From Monocercomonoides exilis PA203 (lineage: Eukaryota > Protista > Preaxostyla): a stretch of DNA of 64,000 nucleotides. Shown piece after piece: positions 53,101-64,000 of the stretch (its first letter is position 1; every line of letters begins with the position of its first letter). The translations under genes and the position numbers were made by a program. Where the stretch lies: assembly GCA_001643675.2 (NCBI GenBank), contig LSRY02000048.1, forward strand, positions 558,001 to 622,000, in the 5' to 3' direction. The notes beneath the pieces were generated by a model. It saw only the letters and a program-made list of their open reading frames with translations, searched no databases and was not told the origin of the DNA.

Positions 53101-54439
53101 GTACTTCCCACAGCCTGCATACATCACATCGCTGTCTCCACTGCCTTTGGTTGCTGATGATGCTCCGTCTTCAGCTCCTGCTGTGTCTGCTTTTGCTGCT
53201 TCCTTTCCTTTCTTCCCCTTCACTTTTCCCTTCCCGCTCTTCGCCTTCCTCGCCTCCTCCTGTGCGTTCTTGAACTCCACCAGCGGCGGGCAGCGCGGGT
53301 TCGGGATCATCGGGCGCTCCCAGACGCCGTCTTCCTCCTCGTTCCACTCAATCGGCTGGGCAGCGTCGGCATCAGGGATGTAGTACTCCTCCGTCTCGTT
53401 CCAGTTCTCCGGAGGCCCGGCGTCTTCGGGATCGTCGATCCATTGCGGAATCCGGTCGCCTGCCCAGTCGGCGGGCTTCACATCGTCTGGGTCGTCGATG
53501 TACTCCCGCTCATCCCAACCACGCGGCTTGCGGGCGGACGGGTCGGGGATCATCTCCTTCGGAAAGATCGGAGGGTCAAACAGCTCTTCCTGCCCTTCTT
53601 GCGGCTTGAACCATCCATCAAACTCGATTATCTTGTCGCGCATGATTGTGAATGTGTCATTCTTCCGAATAGTTAAACGGTACACATGAGATTCACCATC
53701 CATCAATGTAAATATTGGACTCGTGAGCTGATGCTCAATGTACTCTCTTGTTAGCTGATTGTATATTCTCAAAATAAATACTATTTTACCAATGGTTCCA
53801 CAACGATCGGGACCAAAAAGAATAGAGTATGAAGTGTTGCGGAATAATCGTTCTGGGCGAAAAGGTTTGTTAAAGACTTTGATATATTCTCCACCGCATT
53901 TAAACGGTCTTCTTTGCCCTTTAACTTCATACTAAATGTATTGCATGCTTAAAAAATTTGTTAGAAATCAGTAAAGTCACACTTGGATTATCAGATCATC
54001 GTCTTTTAATTGTTCCATAAATTTCGTTGAACATCCATGAAACGCTCTATCTGTCTTAGCAACAAGACCTTATTGTATTCCAACAGAACAAAGCAATTTC
54101 AAAAGTCGAATAAAGATTGATTTGAGTTATTCACAAAAAAATCAAAAAAAATCGCAAAAAAACCTTTGTTTCCATTTTGTAAAATATCATCTTCTCGTTC
54201 TTCAATTGCCCACATTCCTTGGTATTCTTTGGATTTAATTGGAAACCATTTTTTACCAAGAACATTTTCCTCAAACGTTTCATTGAAAATTATCTTTTCA
54301 GTATTTTTCAGAAATTCATCAAATTCACATCGTTGAAAAGGAAGAAATAAATAAATGAAAACTATGTTAATGCATTAATATCATAAAATACCTTTGAAAA
54401 TGCCAAATGAACAAAAAACAAAAATGATAAAATGCACAT
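50158..54439 (-). CDS. CANX: Calnexin-like ER lectin chaperone (calreticulin family), multi-exon, with TM helix and very long charged tail
   Basis: Signal peptide MCILSFLFFVHLAFS. Lectin-domain motifs YEVK...CGGEYIK and YSILFGPDRC. P-domain repeats IPDP.A.KP..WD, IDDPDDVKPADW, G.W..P.I.NP. Also VGFDLW, LFDNIIL and a TM segment VLWIVAFVGCGLMMLLGVLVCVA. Confidence 0.85.
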
Positions 54440-55348
54440 ATCCAATATATATATTATATAACATACGATCGAATAATTGTTGATTCATTAATCACAAATG
54501 GAACATAATTCTTGTTAATAAACAGTTTATATTATTAAAATTATTTGATGTTGATATTTACAAAAGAATATCAAAATAAATTATTATAAGAAACATATGG
54601 GACGATATTTTTTGCTTAATGAATTTTGTTCAATTCTATATTTTCTCAAAATTTTTCTCAATTTTTGTATTTTTCTGTTATTAGTTGCATTGTTGCGGTT
54701 GATTTGTGATGAAATGATTGCAGAAACTGTTCGTAACATATCACAGTTTTTTTCATCATCGCAATAATTCTGCCCCATATTCAATAAAACTTAAATTGAA
54801 AAACGTACAATCGAAAGTGAAATTTTTATTTTGAAATAATAAATGTTTTGAATAAACCTCTGTGACTTGGCAAGTTAAAAAATCATTTGTCTATCACGAA
54901 AAAAGAAAAAGAAAAAAGAAAAAAAAAAATAATCTCAGAAAAGTTGAAGAAAAACGATTTAATATTTCAATTATAATGTTCCCTTCAATAAAATGTATTT
55001 CAATGATTACTCACCATATGAATTGAAAACAAAATTTTTTGATAATTCAAGCGAAAGACAAAAATATCATAATGATTGCATTTTCATACTCAGCAAAGTT
55101 TTTTTTGATTACTAACAAATGAATTGAAAGATTTTTTTTTATCACTCTTTCAAACTGTTATTGTGAGCTTATTCAGAAAAAAAAGCCCATTTTGAGGAAT
55201 AACACATTTCGATAAAACACTGATGCTTTGAAAATCAGTCCTCATTTGTTTATAAATTCCCAAATTTTATTTTTGAATCCGAATTTATTCAGAAACATGG
55301 GTTGATCCACATCAAAAAAACAACTCAATTTGATTAGAGAAGAACAGA

Positions 55349-58300
55349 ATGCCATTCTTGATAGAGCTTCTTCTTCTTCTGAATGCTTCTTCAACAGAAA
55401 ATGATTTGTCGCACAGAAATCGGAATAAATCAATTGCCACCAATAATTTTGCAGATCGCTCATTCAACAACGAAAAATCAAAATCTCACTTTCTGTCAAA
55501 TCAAGATGATGTGTTGCCAGATTACTTCACACATCACATGGAACACATTGAACCCCACACAATGATTTCAACTGCTCTGTCTTTGCACAATGCTTCTGTT
55601 CATTTGATGCACACAACAATGATTCCAAACCTTCAAAATGGTTTTGCCTTCATTGATGACTTTTCAGTTTTTATTGCACGTTCCTGTTGTGTTGTGATTG
55701 CGCAAAGCTCTCATCCGCTGTTGAGCTCTGATGGTGGAGATATCATTCTTGGTTGTCTAAATATTTCATTTTCATGCAACAATCATCATCTTCTATCACT
55801 CGTAAAAACACTTCATGGGAGCCCTTCGTTTTCGCAACATCATGGCTCAATTGCACTGCTGTCAACAACACTGTCATCTTTTGCTTTCTCATCACATCCA
55901 CTTGTTGGAAATCACCTCGCAAATGCTATTTCCATCGATAATTGCAACTTTCACAATGTTTCGAACACAGAAAATGGATATAGAAATGACTTCATATCAC
56001 ATGTCGATTCAACAATCTCTTGTAGTGTATTTTCAGAAGTAACTTCGCCTTTTGATGGGGGGATTGTGCAGGGAATTCACCTTTGCAAAAAGTTTTCTGC
56101 TTTGAACTGCACATACACTCGCTATCACACTTCCAAATATTCACAATCTTACACAGAAATGCTTGATTTATCATCTCAAAATGATATTCTTTTCTATGAC
56201 TGCTTTTTTTCTGTGAATGACAGTTATGCAATATCATTTACGAATTCACATAACATAACCTTCAGAAATTGTGTTTTTCAAAATTGCGAAACAAAATCAA
56301 TTGCAGGAGGATATTCATCTTTTTTGCAAGTTATTGAAACAACATTTTGCAACATATCTTCACCAATTAATGGCGCTTTCATGGCAGTTGACGGTATTAC
56401 GAATATTACTATTGAGGATTGCACATGCTTCACCATTCATGCACAAAGAAATGGAGGAGCAGTTCATATTAACAGAGGCTCTTCATGTGAAATATTACAA
56501 ACATTATTTCAGAATTGTTCTGATTCAGCTTCTTCTGAAGGATATGGCGGAGGAGCTGTTTGGATTGGAGATACAGGACCAAATCTGATTTCTGACTGCC
56601 AATTTTCGAATTGCTCCACAAATGAAAAAGGTGGTGCAATTCTTTTCTCAGATGACGGTGAATCTTTTCCGTTTCTTTCTTCGTTTGTCAAATTCTGCTT
56701 TTTCGACAACAACACAGCGGCTGTTGATGGACATGATGTGGGCATTCTGAAAAACTGGATACAGTTGTTAACCCAAGGTTCTTTCGTGGAATGCAGAACA
56801 ATGACAAACAGAACTCAAAGGGTTATGCATGGATCAAATGATGTCAGCGGCTGGATCAAGCTTGGCTTTTTTGACAAATTCTATGTGAACTCTGTCGATG
56901 GAATTGACCACTATGCATGTGGTCTGAATCAGAGAAAATGCAAATCCATCTCTTTTGTGACAAATGTCATCGATCCTGACAAAAGCTCGCAAACAAACAT
57001 TTCGGTGGATCCATCTTCATACATCGAGAGCAACTGCAATTTCAGCACAAGGAATATTGAACTGACAAACTCTGGAAGCGCAAAAGCCACAATCATATCG
57101 TCCATTTCTTCTGGTTCATTGTTTTCCGTTTCAACAGGCTCATTAAAAGTCTCATCATTCGATTTTGTTCACAACACAACAAAATCGTCGACAGAAACTT
57201 CATTATTCTCTCTCACATCCCACGGATCGTTGCAACTTCGAATGTGCTCCATTTCAGCTGATTCTGCACACAGTGAGCAAGAGCCATTGAAGGAATCCCT
57301 ATTTATATTAAGTGCGGGCGACACAATGATTGACTCGACAGTAATTTCTGGATTTCATTTCTTCTCCAAAGCTGCCATCACTTTCACAGATAGCTGTGAG
57401 ATAAGTCTCGCCAACTCATCGATTTCTGGAATTTCTCGAAAAACAGGGAATGGAGGAGGGATTGAAGGTGTTGTTGGTGCTGGAAAAAGTCTGGTTGTTG
57501 AAGGAGGTGAACTTTCAGAATGCAGTTCTGAATGCGGCAATGGAGGTGGAATCGCTTTGAGAATGCAAGCTGAATCTTCTTTCAGAATGGAAAAACCAGA
57601 AAATGAGACTGCAGGATCCTCACTTGTTTCGTGCTCTTCTCACATGTCTGGAGGAAATGGCGGTCTTGGAGGAGGAGTATATTTATATGCAGAAGACAAC
57701 AGTGTGCCAGACATTGCTTTCATGAAAACAGTCTTCTCAGATTGTTCGGCTGAAAATGGACAAAATATTTTTGTGAATTGCCACGATCTGTCGCTGACCA
57801 TCCAAAAAGAGAAAATAGAAATTATTAATGGCATTTCAGACTCTGCACAGCTGGAAGGATACGAGAGATCAACAACAAATGAAACATTTCCAATTCCATT
57901 GGACACATATCTCAGAGTCTTCACATCTCCTGCATTCATTGCCGGAGCAGATGGCCACGATTACACTGCGTGCGGCTTTTCGGATTATCCATGCTCCACC
58001 ATCGAATATGCAGTTTCACTGAGATTTCGAAATGAAAAGAGGCAAATATGCTTTCTTCAACCATTTTTGCTTGATCATGCACTTGTTGTTGACACACAAC
58101 CTTCCGACTTCACAGCAATGCCAGAAGAATCACAAATCAAAATAGCTCAAGATATACGCGATGCCAGAGAAAACATTATCCAAACAAAAACAGATTGCTC
58201 TGTTCAAAGCATTTGCTTCTCTCTTCCTTCATCTTTCCTCAATTCAATAAGCACTGCGTTTCATTGCTGCGATAAAAACCTGTCCCTCGAAAAATGCTCG

Positions 58301-61300
58301 TTTGCTTCAGATTCCAATGCAATTGATGTTTCGCTTGCAACTGCCTCAAAAGGATGCATAAACATCAGAAATATGGTTTTGACGGGGCTGTGTTTCAGTT
58401 CTCGTTCTGCACTTGCGATTGAAGGAGACGAATCGAGGTGCATTTGCGAGAATCTGATCTGGACAGACATTGCTGTTCGATCATCAAGTCCAGCAATAAA
58501 AGTTTCAGAAGGATCTGCTTTGGAAATATGTAATTCGGAGATCAGTGAGCTGAACATAGGATCCAGCAGCTTTATTGGGTTGAAAGAATCAACAACCATA
58601 AGCATCATGAGCACGTCTTTCAAAAGTGTCAAAAAGCAAGCCGGAAATGGAGGTGTGATTCATGGCATAATTGGAGCAGGAAAATCATCAACATTATGGA
58701 ATTGCACAGTGGACCAATGCTTGTGCACAGATGCAAACTTCGTTGCAGGCGGAGCCATTCATGCAGAAGTGAAAAGCGCAGGCTCATTCGTGCTCTCGAA
58801 CAACACACTGAATGGATGCTGTGTGCACAAAGACACTGGAGTTGGAGGAGCTGTTTATTTGAAGTTACCAGAAGCTGGGGTGTCATACTCCATGAAGCAG
58901 CTTTTCTTTTTGGACAATCAAGCTTCATTGGGGAACGATGTATATTTGATATGCCCAAATCCACGAGATATCATCACCAGCCAGCGATGGGAAGGATCTG
59001 CCAAAGAGGATGAAGACAACAAATACAAATGGGTCGTGGATTCAGAGGTTAATCCACTCATCAATGTTTCGATCCTGTATTATCTGTTTCCCCCCAAAAT
59101 CAGCACAGTCTTCATCAAAAACGGTGGAAGCAGCAATGTCATGTGCGGAGATGACCTGGAGCCCTGCGGAGATCTGATGTTTGGCTTCAGAAAAATGCGT
59201 TCAGATCAAACAGCCATCAATATTCTCGACTCATGCAGTTTAAACGATGTTCTGGACAGAAATGGATTGTCGCTCACAGTTCGTGGGATTTCTTCCACAA
59301 GTCGATCTTCACTCACGATTGACGCAAATGGGGGCTTTTCATTGAAAATCGAGATCCATTCTGCATCGCTGATGCTTTCATATTTGAGGTTCAATCTTCC
59401 GCAGGAGTCTTCTGTCGGGCAAATGATTTCCATTCAAGGCGGGAGTCTGTTTGTTGATGACTGCCTTATCGGAGGTGAATCTGGAACAAACACTTCAACG
59501 AATATGTGCATTATCAGAGGAAACAAAGGAGTGATTCAACTGACAAAAACGGAAATCGCTCATCTCTCATTTTCAGGTGACGGTGGAATAATATCCGTTT
59601 CAGAGGGTTCGGTTCATATTGAAAATTCAGACTGGTCATTCGCAGAAGCAAACGGACCCTTATTGAATGCTGCAAACTGCACAAACGTGATAATGGCTGG
59701 CAACTGTGCTTTTGACAGCTGCAAGTCCAGGGCTGCAGAAGGAGGCTTCACGAAATGCAGTCTTCACCCAGCAGGCATGCTGAGATTCGGAAATACAAGC
59801 ATCACAAACAGTGGCATTGCTGATTGCACTGGAAAAGGAGGAGGAGTTTTCCTTTCTCTTCCTGAAGGTGCAAACAACGACTTCCTGTTCGAAAACATCA
59901 CTTTCAGAAGCAACTCAGCAGAGTGCGCCAAAGACCTATTTCTGATTTGTGACAACTTGAATGCTTCTGTCAGCCCATCCAAGTTCTTGATGTCGTTGGT
60001 GACAGACGATGGTCAGAGATCAGCCGACTTGATGGGATGCGACCGCAGTTGCTTCAAGAACTCAAATCATGATCTGTACTTGTTCTTGATCCAGTTTCAG
60101 TCGCAAAGCATCATCATCTCTTCAGCAGGATTTGACATGATCGGCTGTGGAAGTGAAAGATATCCCTGCTGCTCATTCGCAAGAGGGTTTCAGAACATCC
60201 TGTCAGACGAGCAGCAAAAGAAAATCACCATTATCGATGGGGCTTCAGTTAACCACTCATATGATTTGTCATCATTTGAGGTGGCTTCATCAGATCCTTT
60301 GAATGGATGTTCTCTGACAATCAATCCAAATTCATCTGATGGAAGGGCGGATGATGTTATTTGCAGCCATGAAGCTTTGTCGTTTGAATCGATCTGCTTT
60401 TCGCTTCCGCTTTCTTTCATTTCTGGACAACTTGGATTGCTCCAATCTGCTCCTTCTCCTGATAAAGGATTGACAATCGAGAATTGCACATTTTCATTCT
60501 TCTCTTCTCTTTCTTCTCTTGACAGCGCATGCCAGTATTATCTCATTCGCTCCACTGGAGGTTTCGTTCATCTGAGTCTGTGCACATTCGATCCTCGCAG
60601 CTTCAGAGACGTTCCATTATTTATCAGATCTGATTTTTCTGCTGATAAATGCAATTTCACTGGAGGAAAAACATCTGGCAGCTCAGAAGGAGGTGTCGTT
60701 GCTTGCTATGTGTCCACACATTTTTCGTTGTCTTTTCAAGAATGCGAATTAGAATATTGTGGTTGCTCAGAAACACATGGAAGAGGAGGCTTCTTGTTTG
60801 CAGACTGCTCATCTTCAAATGAACCGCAACCTTTTTCTTTCAAGAATGTGACATTTCGAGGAAATAGTGCATATCTTGGAAAAAGTCTTTTCATTGCAGC
60901 CCGTGAATTGAATGGATCAGTCACAAGCACCACTTTCAACTTCAACTTCTCTTCTTTGGCTGATGATCCAAACGAATTTGTTGGGAGCGATCCTCTGAAT
61001 GAAAACACAGATCTGTTCCGCTTTTTGATTGGGTATTCTTCAAACACAATATTCATTTCCAGCAAAGGAATGGATGTTACGAGATGTGGGAATGAGGACG
61101 ACCCTTGCTCAACATTTTGGAAGGGGATGAACCAAATCAATCAAAGTTCTGCCCAAAAACAAATATTCATTGACAACACTTCTTTTGTGCAAAACATGTT
61201 TGATTTGTCCAACTACTCAGTTGCATCAACTCATTGTGCGCCAGATGAACCAACAAAGGCAAAACTTATTCTGGAGAAGCCTGGAGTGGATAATTTTGCA

Positions 61301-64000
61301 AATGGGTTCTTTTCAAGCTCTTGGAGTCTGTCATTCCTGCAAATCGACATTTTCCTTGATGTCACACTGGATGATGTGGATGGAATTGTTATTTGCAGCA
61401 AGAATGGGCAACTGTCCCTCGCACGATGCTCACTAAGCTCAGATGTTTCTGTCCGCTTCCAGAGCTTGATCTTCATTGAGATGCAAAGCGGTCCTTTGCT
61501 CATTTCCAACTTCGAAGTTCTTCATTTGACTTTCGAGTTGGAATTGATTTCCATTTGGAGCGGCAGTCCATGTGTTCTAAGCAAATGCATTTTGTCAAAT
61601 ATGGTGACAGACAAAGGGTTAATTCGTAGCATTGACAGCCATCTTCCAGAAAGAAATAACGTTCCAACAATAACGATCAGTGCTTCAACATTCCAAAAAG
61701 TGTCTTCTTCTTTGAACGGTGCTTGCATCCTGCAATGTTCCTCAATCTCCCCATCAGCCATGCAGATCAATGGTTCGACATTCGATATGTGCAGATCCGA
61801 ATCATCAGAAAACGGTGGAGCCATGCTGTTCATGCTTGGAATTGGCGGTCGATTTGAAGTGAACAACAGCAGAATCACAAATTGTGAGTGCTCTCTTTCA
61901 AATGGGAAAGGCGGAGGTGTGTATTTGAAAACAGGGCAGGGATCTCTGGGTTTTGTTTTCAAAAACGACGAGTTCAAAGGAAACAGCGCTTGGAAAGGGA
62001 GAGACATATTTGTTGAGTGCTGGAGCATCGAAAGCCAGATCAATGAAGCTCAATTTCTCCTGGATCTTCGACCAGATGTGTTCAACCGTTTTGATGCAAT
62101 CTTCGGATGTGACAATCAAAATCACAATCCGGTTGATCTGACGGATTATGTGACCGTCTACCAGCAAAGCACCATCGTTGTTTCATCATTGCAAGAGAGA
62201 AACGGATCAAATGGGCGGCAATGCGGGAAAGTGGATCAACCATGTCTGACTGTTGGGCGCGGGCTGGAGCATCTTGTGATTGACTTCGCTGCAAGGCTTC
62301 TGATCGGTGGCCTCAGCGAAATAGACAACGAATGCAACATCACAAACACGGAAATCAAATCTCTTTCACGAGAGAAGGCAAACATCACTTTTCGTTCTGC
62401 CCTCAGCATGACTCGCCAGTGCGTGATTTCAGCAGAAAATGAAGCGTCGATCGAAAGTGTGCGCTTCATCCTTCCCCTCACTTTTCCCTCGAGCCACGAA
62501 ATATTATTTTCTGTTGTTGATGGAAGAGCTTCGCTTGTTTCATCTGAATTCTGCAGCGAGTCGGATAGCGGTTCAAACGCCCCAGTTCTTGTTTCTGCCA
62601 CAAACTGTGAACTCGTTTTGGAGGAAATGACAATACAAAACTTGAATTCCCCAAGAACGATCGAATGCGAAGATGGAAATATCATGATCCACGGATTAGA
62701 GCTGGATTTTGTCTGTTCCTCCAAAAGCATGTTGCTGCTGAAGAAGTCAAACGGTTCAATAGAAAAATTGGGGGTTTCAAACTGCATTATGAATGGTGGG
62801 TCATTCGTCGAGCTTGTTAACTCATCACCAATGGAGTCATCGACGAAAATGGAATCATTTTCATTCAAAGATATCACCTTCGCAAACGTCTCTTCGTTGA
62901 CATCTGCTTCATGCCTTGATTTCTGTGCACCTGAATGCAAACTCTCTCTGTCAAATTGCACTCTTTCCTGCTGCCCTTCAAACGCTGCTGAAGTTGGCAG
63001 TTTGTCTGCATTCTCATGTTGCAACAAGCTCATCGTAGAGTCCTGCCTTTTTCAAGGCAGCATCAATGATGAAAATGCTTATGACCCGCAAAATGGAAAC
63101 AGTCAACTTGAAATTTGCAGTTGGAACGGATCGTTGGTGCACTTTGACAATTGCCTGGCAATCGTAAATGACACAACAGTTGAGCAGTCACCGTTTGGAG
63201 GGATTTCCTGTTCTGGTGGAAGTGTTTCTGTGGACGATGGAAGATTTTGCAACAACAATCCATCCATCCCTCAGTATCCATCTGCTCGAAGAAACATCAT
63301 TTGCTCCAATGCGGGGGCACTGACAATTCTCAGCCTTAAAGGCGGAGACGGCTTGCTTCCAAATACGTCAATGTGGATCCTGAACAATGGATGCAACGTC
63401 TCTGGGATCGCAGAGGAAAGATCGTCTCCATTCTTTATTCCGCAACTGCATTCTGTGAAAACCAATGAATTGAAAAGCGATTTGACGCTTTCTTTCACCG
63501 GATCGCTTCTTCTGCCTTGCAATCTGTCGTTTCAGATAACCTCAAAAACAGGCAATGTCGAATATGTTCAAAAGCATCACTTTTCTGACAAAGGGTTTCT
63601 TTCGGAAAGCGAGGTTCAAGGGTTCGTCTCGTTGTCGGTTTTCAACGAAGCACCAAGTGACACCGACTTATTCGTTTCCATTCTGTATGGCAACCTTGAC
63701 AGTCTTTCGTCTACTGAATCTATCCTCATCAAAAATAAATCAACATTCAATGAACACGAAAGCTTGACGAATAAAGGAACAAACACAATTTCGACTTTTC
63801 CGTTAATCATCATAATTGTATTTCTCTTGCTCTTTTTTATCGTCCTCCTCGGACTTATTGTGTTCGTCGTTCGGTGGAGGAAGGCAAAGAGACGAACAGA
63901 AGAACTGGAGGAGATTGTGAACGACACAGTGAAGAAGGATCCGAAGGCATTTGAGATGGTGACGATGGAGATGTCTCCAGAGGAGCAGTGGAGGAGAGAG
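55349..64000 (+). CDS. Giant (>2880 aa, 3' partial) Cys-rich surface/receptor-like protein with GGA/GGG beta-helix-type repeats and a TM helix
   Basis: ATG at 55349 (MPFLIELLLLLNASS). The start and end read in the same frame, and the ORF track shows no closed ORF in that frame. Repeated G.D...CG....PC modules and GNGGG/GKGGG motifs. TM at ~63800-63870 is followed by RWRKAKRRTEELEEIVNDTVKKDPKAFEMVTMEMSPEEQWRR. Confidence 0.85.
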   Translation, partial: MPFLIELLLLLNASSTENDLSHRNRNKSIATNNFADRSFNNEKSKSHFLSNQDDVLPDYFTHHMEHIEPHTMISTALSLHNASVHLMHTTMIPNLQNGFAFIDDFSVFIARSCCVVIAQSSHPLLSSDGGDIILGCLNISFSCNNHHLLSLVKTLHGSPSFSQHHGSIALLSTTLSSFAFSSHPLVGNHLANAISIDNCNFHNVSNTENGYRNDFISHVDSTISCSVFSEVTSPFDGGIVQGIHLCKKFSALNCTYTRYHTSKYSQSYTEMLDLSSQNDILFYDCFFSVNDSYAISFTNSHNITFRNCVFQNCETKSIAGGYSSFLQVIETTFCNISSPINGAFMAVDGITNITIEDCTCFTIHAQRNGGAVHINRGSSCEILQTLFQNCSDSASSEGYGGGAVWIGDTGPNLISDCQFSNCSTNEKGGAILFSDDGESFPFLSSFVKFCFFDNNTAAVDGHDVGILKNWIQLLTQGSFVECRTMTNRTQRVMHGSNDVSGWIKLGFFDKFYVNSVDGIDHYACGLNQRKCKSISFVTNVIDPDKSSQTNISVDPSSYIESNCNFSTRNIELTNSGSAKATIISSISSGSLFSVSTGSLKVSSFDFVHNTTKSSTETSLFSLTSHGSLQLRMCSISADSAHSEQEPLKESLFILSAGDTMIDSTVISGFHFFSKAAITFTDSCEISLANSSISGISRKTGNGGGIEGVVGAGKSLVVEGGELSECSSECGNGGGIALRMQAESSFRMEKPENETAGSSLVSCSSHMSGGNGGLGGGVYLYAEDNSVPDIAFMKTVFSDCSAENGQNIFVNCHDLSLTIQKEKIEIINGISDSAQLEGYERSTTNETFPIPLDTYLRVFTSPAFIAGADGHDYTACGFSDYPCSTIEYAVSLRFRNEKRQICFLQPFLLDHALVVDTQPSDFTAMPEESQIKIAQDIRDARENIIQTKTDCSVQSICFSLPSSFLNSISTAFHCCDKNLSLEKCSFASDSNAIDVSLATASKGCINIRNMVLTGLCFSSRSALAIEGDESRCICENLIWTDIAVRSSSPAIKVSEGSALEICNSEISELNIGSSSFIGLKESTTISIMSTSFKSVKKQAGNGGVIHGIIGAGKSSTLWNCTVDQCLCTDANFVAGGAIHAEVKSAGSFVLSNNTLNGCCVHKDTGVGGAVYLKLPEAGVSYSMKQLFFLDNQASLGNDVYLICPNPRDIITSQRWEGSAKEDEDNKYKWVVDSEVNPLINVSILYYLFPPKISTVFIKNGGSSNVMCGDDLEPCGDLMFGFRKMRSDQTAINILDSCSLNDVLDRNGLSLTVRGISSTSRSSLTIDANGGFSLKIEIHSASLMLSYLRFNLPQESSVGQMISIQGGSLFVDDCLIGGESGTNTSTNMCIIRGNKGVIQLTKTEIAHLSFSGDGGIISVSEGSVHIENSDWSFAEANGPLLNAANCTNVIMAGNCAFDSCKSRAAEGGFTKCSLHPAGMLRFGNTSITNSGIADCTGKGGGVFLSLPEGANNDFLFENITFRSNSAECAKDLFLICDNLNASVSPSKFLMSLVTDDGQRSADLMGCDRSCFKNSNHDLYLFLIQFQSQSIIISSAGFDMIGCGSERYPCCSFARGFQNILSDEQQKKITIIDGASVNHSYDLSSFEVASSDPLNGCSLTINPNSSDGRADDVICSHEALSFESICFSLPLSFISGQLGLLQSAPSPDKGLTIENCTFSFFSSLSSLDSACQYYLIRSTGGFVHLSLCTFDPRSFRDVPLFIRSDFSADKCNFTGGKTSGSSEGGVVACYVSTHFSLSFQECELEYCGCSETHGRGGFLFADCSSSNEPQPFSFKNVTFRGNSAYLGKSLFIAARELNGSVTSTTFNFNFSSLADDPNEFVGSDPLNENTDLFRFLIGYSSNTIFISSKGMDVTRCGNEDDPCSTFWKGMNQINQSSAQKQIFIDNTSFVQNMFDLSNYSVASTHCAPDEPTKAKLILEKPGVDNFANGFFSSSWSLSFLQIDIFLDVTLDDVDGIVICSKNGQLSLARCSLSSDVSVRFQSLIFIEMQSGPLLISNFEVLHLTFELELISIWSGSPCVLSKCILSNMVTDKGLIRSIDSHLPERNNVPTITISASTFQKVSSSLNGACILQCSSISPSAMQINGSTFDMCRSESSENGGAMLFMLGIGGRFEVNNSRITNCECSLSNGKGGGVYLKTGQGSLGFVFKNDEFKGNSAWKGRDIFVECWSIESQINEAQFLLDLRPDVFNRFDAIFGCDNQNHNPVDLTDYVTVYQQSTIVVSSLQERNGSNGRQCGKVDQPCLTVGRGLEHLVIDFAARLLIGGLSEIDNECNITNTEIKSLSREKANITFRSALSMTRQCVISAENEASIESVRFILPLTFPSSHEILFSVVDGRASLVSSEFCSESDSGSNAPVLVSATNCELVLEEMTIQNLNSPRTIECEDGNIMIHGLELDFVCSSKSMLLLKKSNGSIEKLGVSNCIMNGGSFVELVNSSPMESSTKMESFSFKDITFANVSSLTSASCLDFCAPECKLSLSNCTLSCCPSNAAEVGSLSAFSCCNKLIVESCLFQGSINDENAYDPQNGNSQLEICSWNGSLVHFDNCLAIVNDTTVEQSPFGGISCSGGSVSVDDGRFCNNNPSIPQYPSARRNIICSNAGALTILSLKGGDGLLPNTSMWILNNGCNVSGIAEERSSPFFIPQLHSVKTNELKSDLTLSFTGSLLLPCNLSFQITSKTGNVEYVQKHHFSDKGFLSESEVQGFVSLSVFNEAPSDTDLFVSILYGNLDSLSSTESILIKNKSTFNEHESLTNKGTNTISTFPLIIIIVFLLLFFIVLLGLIVFVVRWRKAKRRTEELEEIVNDTVKKDPKAFEMVTMEMSPEEQWRRE

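Noticed and set aside
43744-53689. Many plus-strand ORFs rich in Leu/Phe/Ser or Glu/Lys/Arg
   Set aside because: They are antisense or alternate-frame shadows of low-complexity coding triplets in the two large minus-strand genes.
55992-63927. Minus-strand and short plus-strand ORFs in the right-hand 8 kb
   Set aside because: They are shadows of the single long plus-strand ORF starting at 55349.

Overview
AT-rich eukaryotic genomic DNA with short AT-rich spliceosomal introns, Ser/Glu low-complexity proteins and the standard genetic code. The gene families resemble those of oxymonad protists such as Monocercomonoides; this is an inference. The main result is a pair of related DNA transposon-like elements in inverted orientation, each bounded by ~132-bp GATC...GATC terminal cassettes. 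Element 2 (19250-24931, +) encodes an intact 3-exon, ~1289-aa Sola-like DDD transposase with a complete ubiquitin-specific protease (USP/peptidase C19) domain inserted inside it. Element 1 (9115-13039, -) encodes a diverged paralogue that keeps the N-terminal domain and an intact USP but has no DDD domain. A fifth, solo terminal cassette lies at 24965-25096. The rest of the window holds several decayed genes, a pogo-like MITE, three members (one a pseudogene) of a lineage-expanded acidic helical family, a ~1945-aa Ser-rich gene, a calnexin-like gene with large insertions and a very long tail, and a giant (>2880 aa) surface/receptor-like ORF running off the right end.
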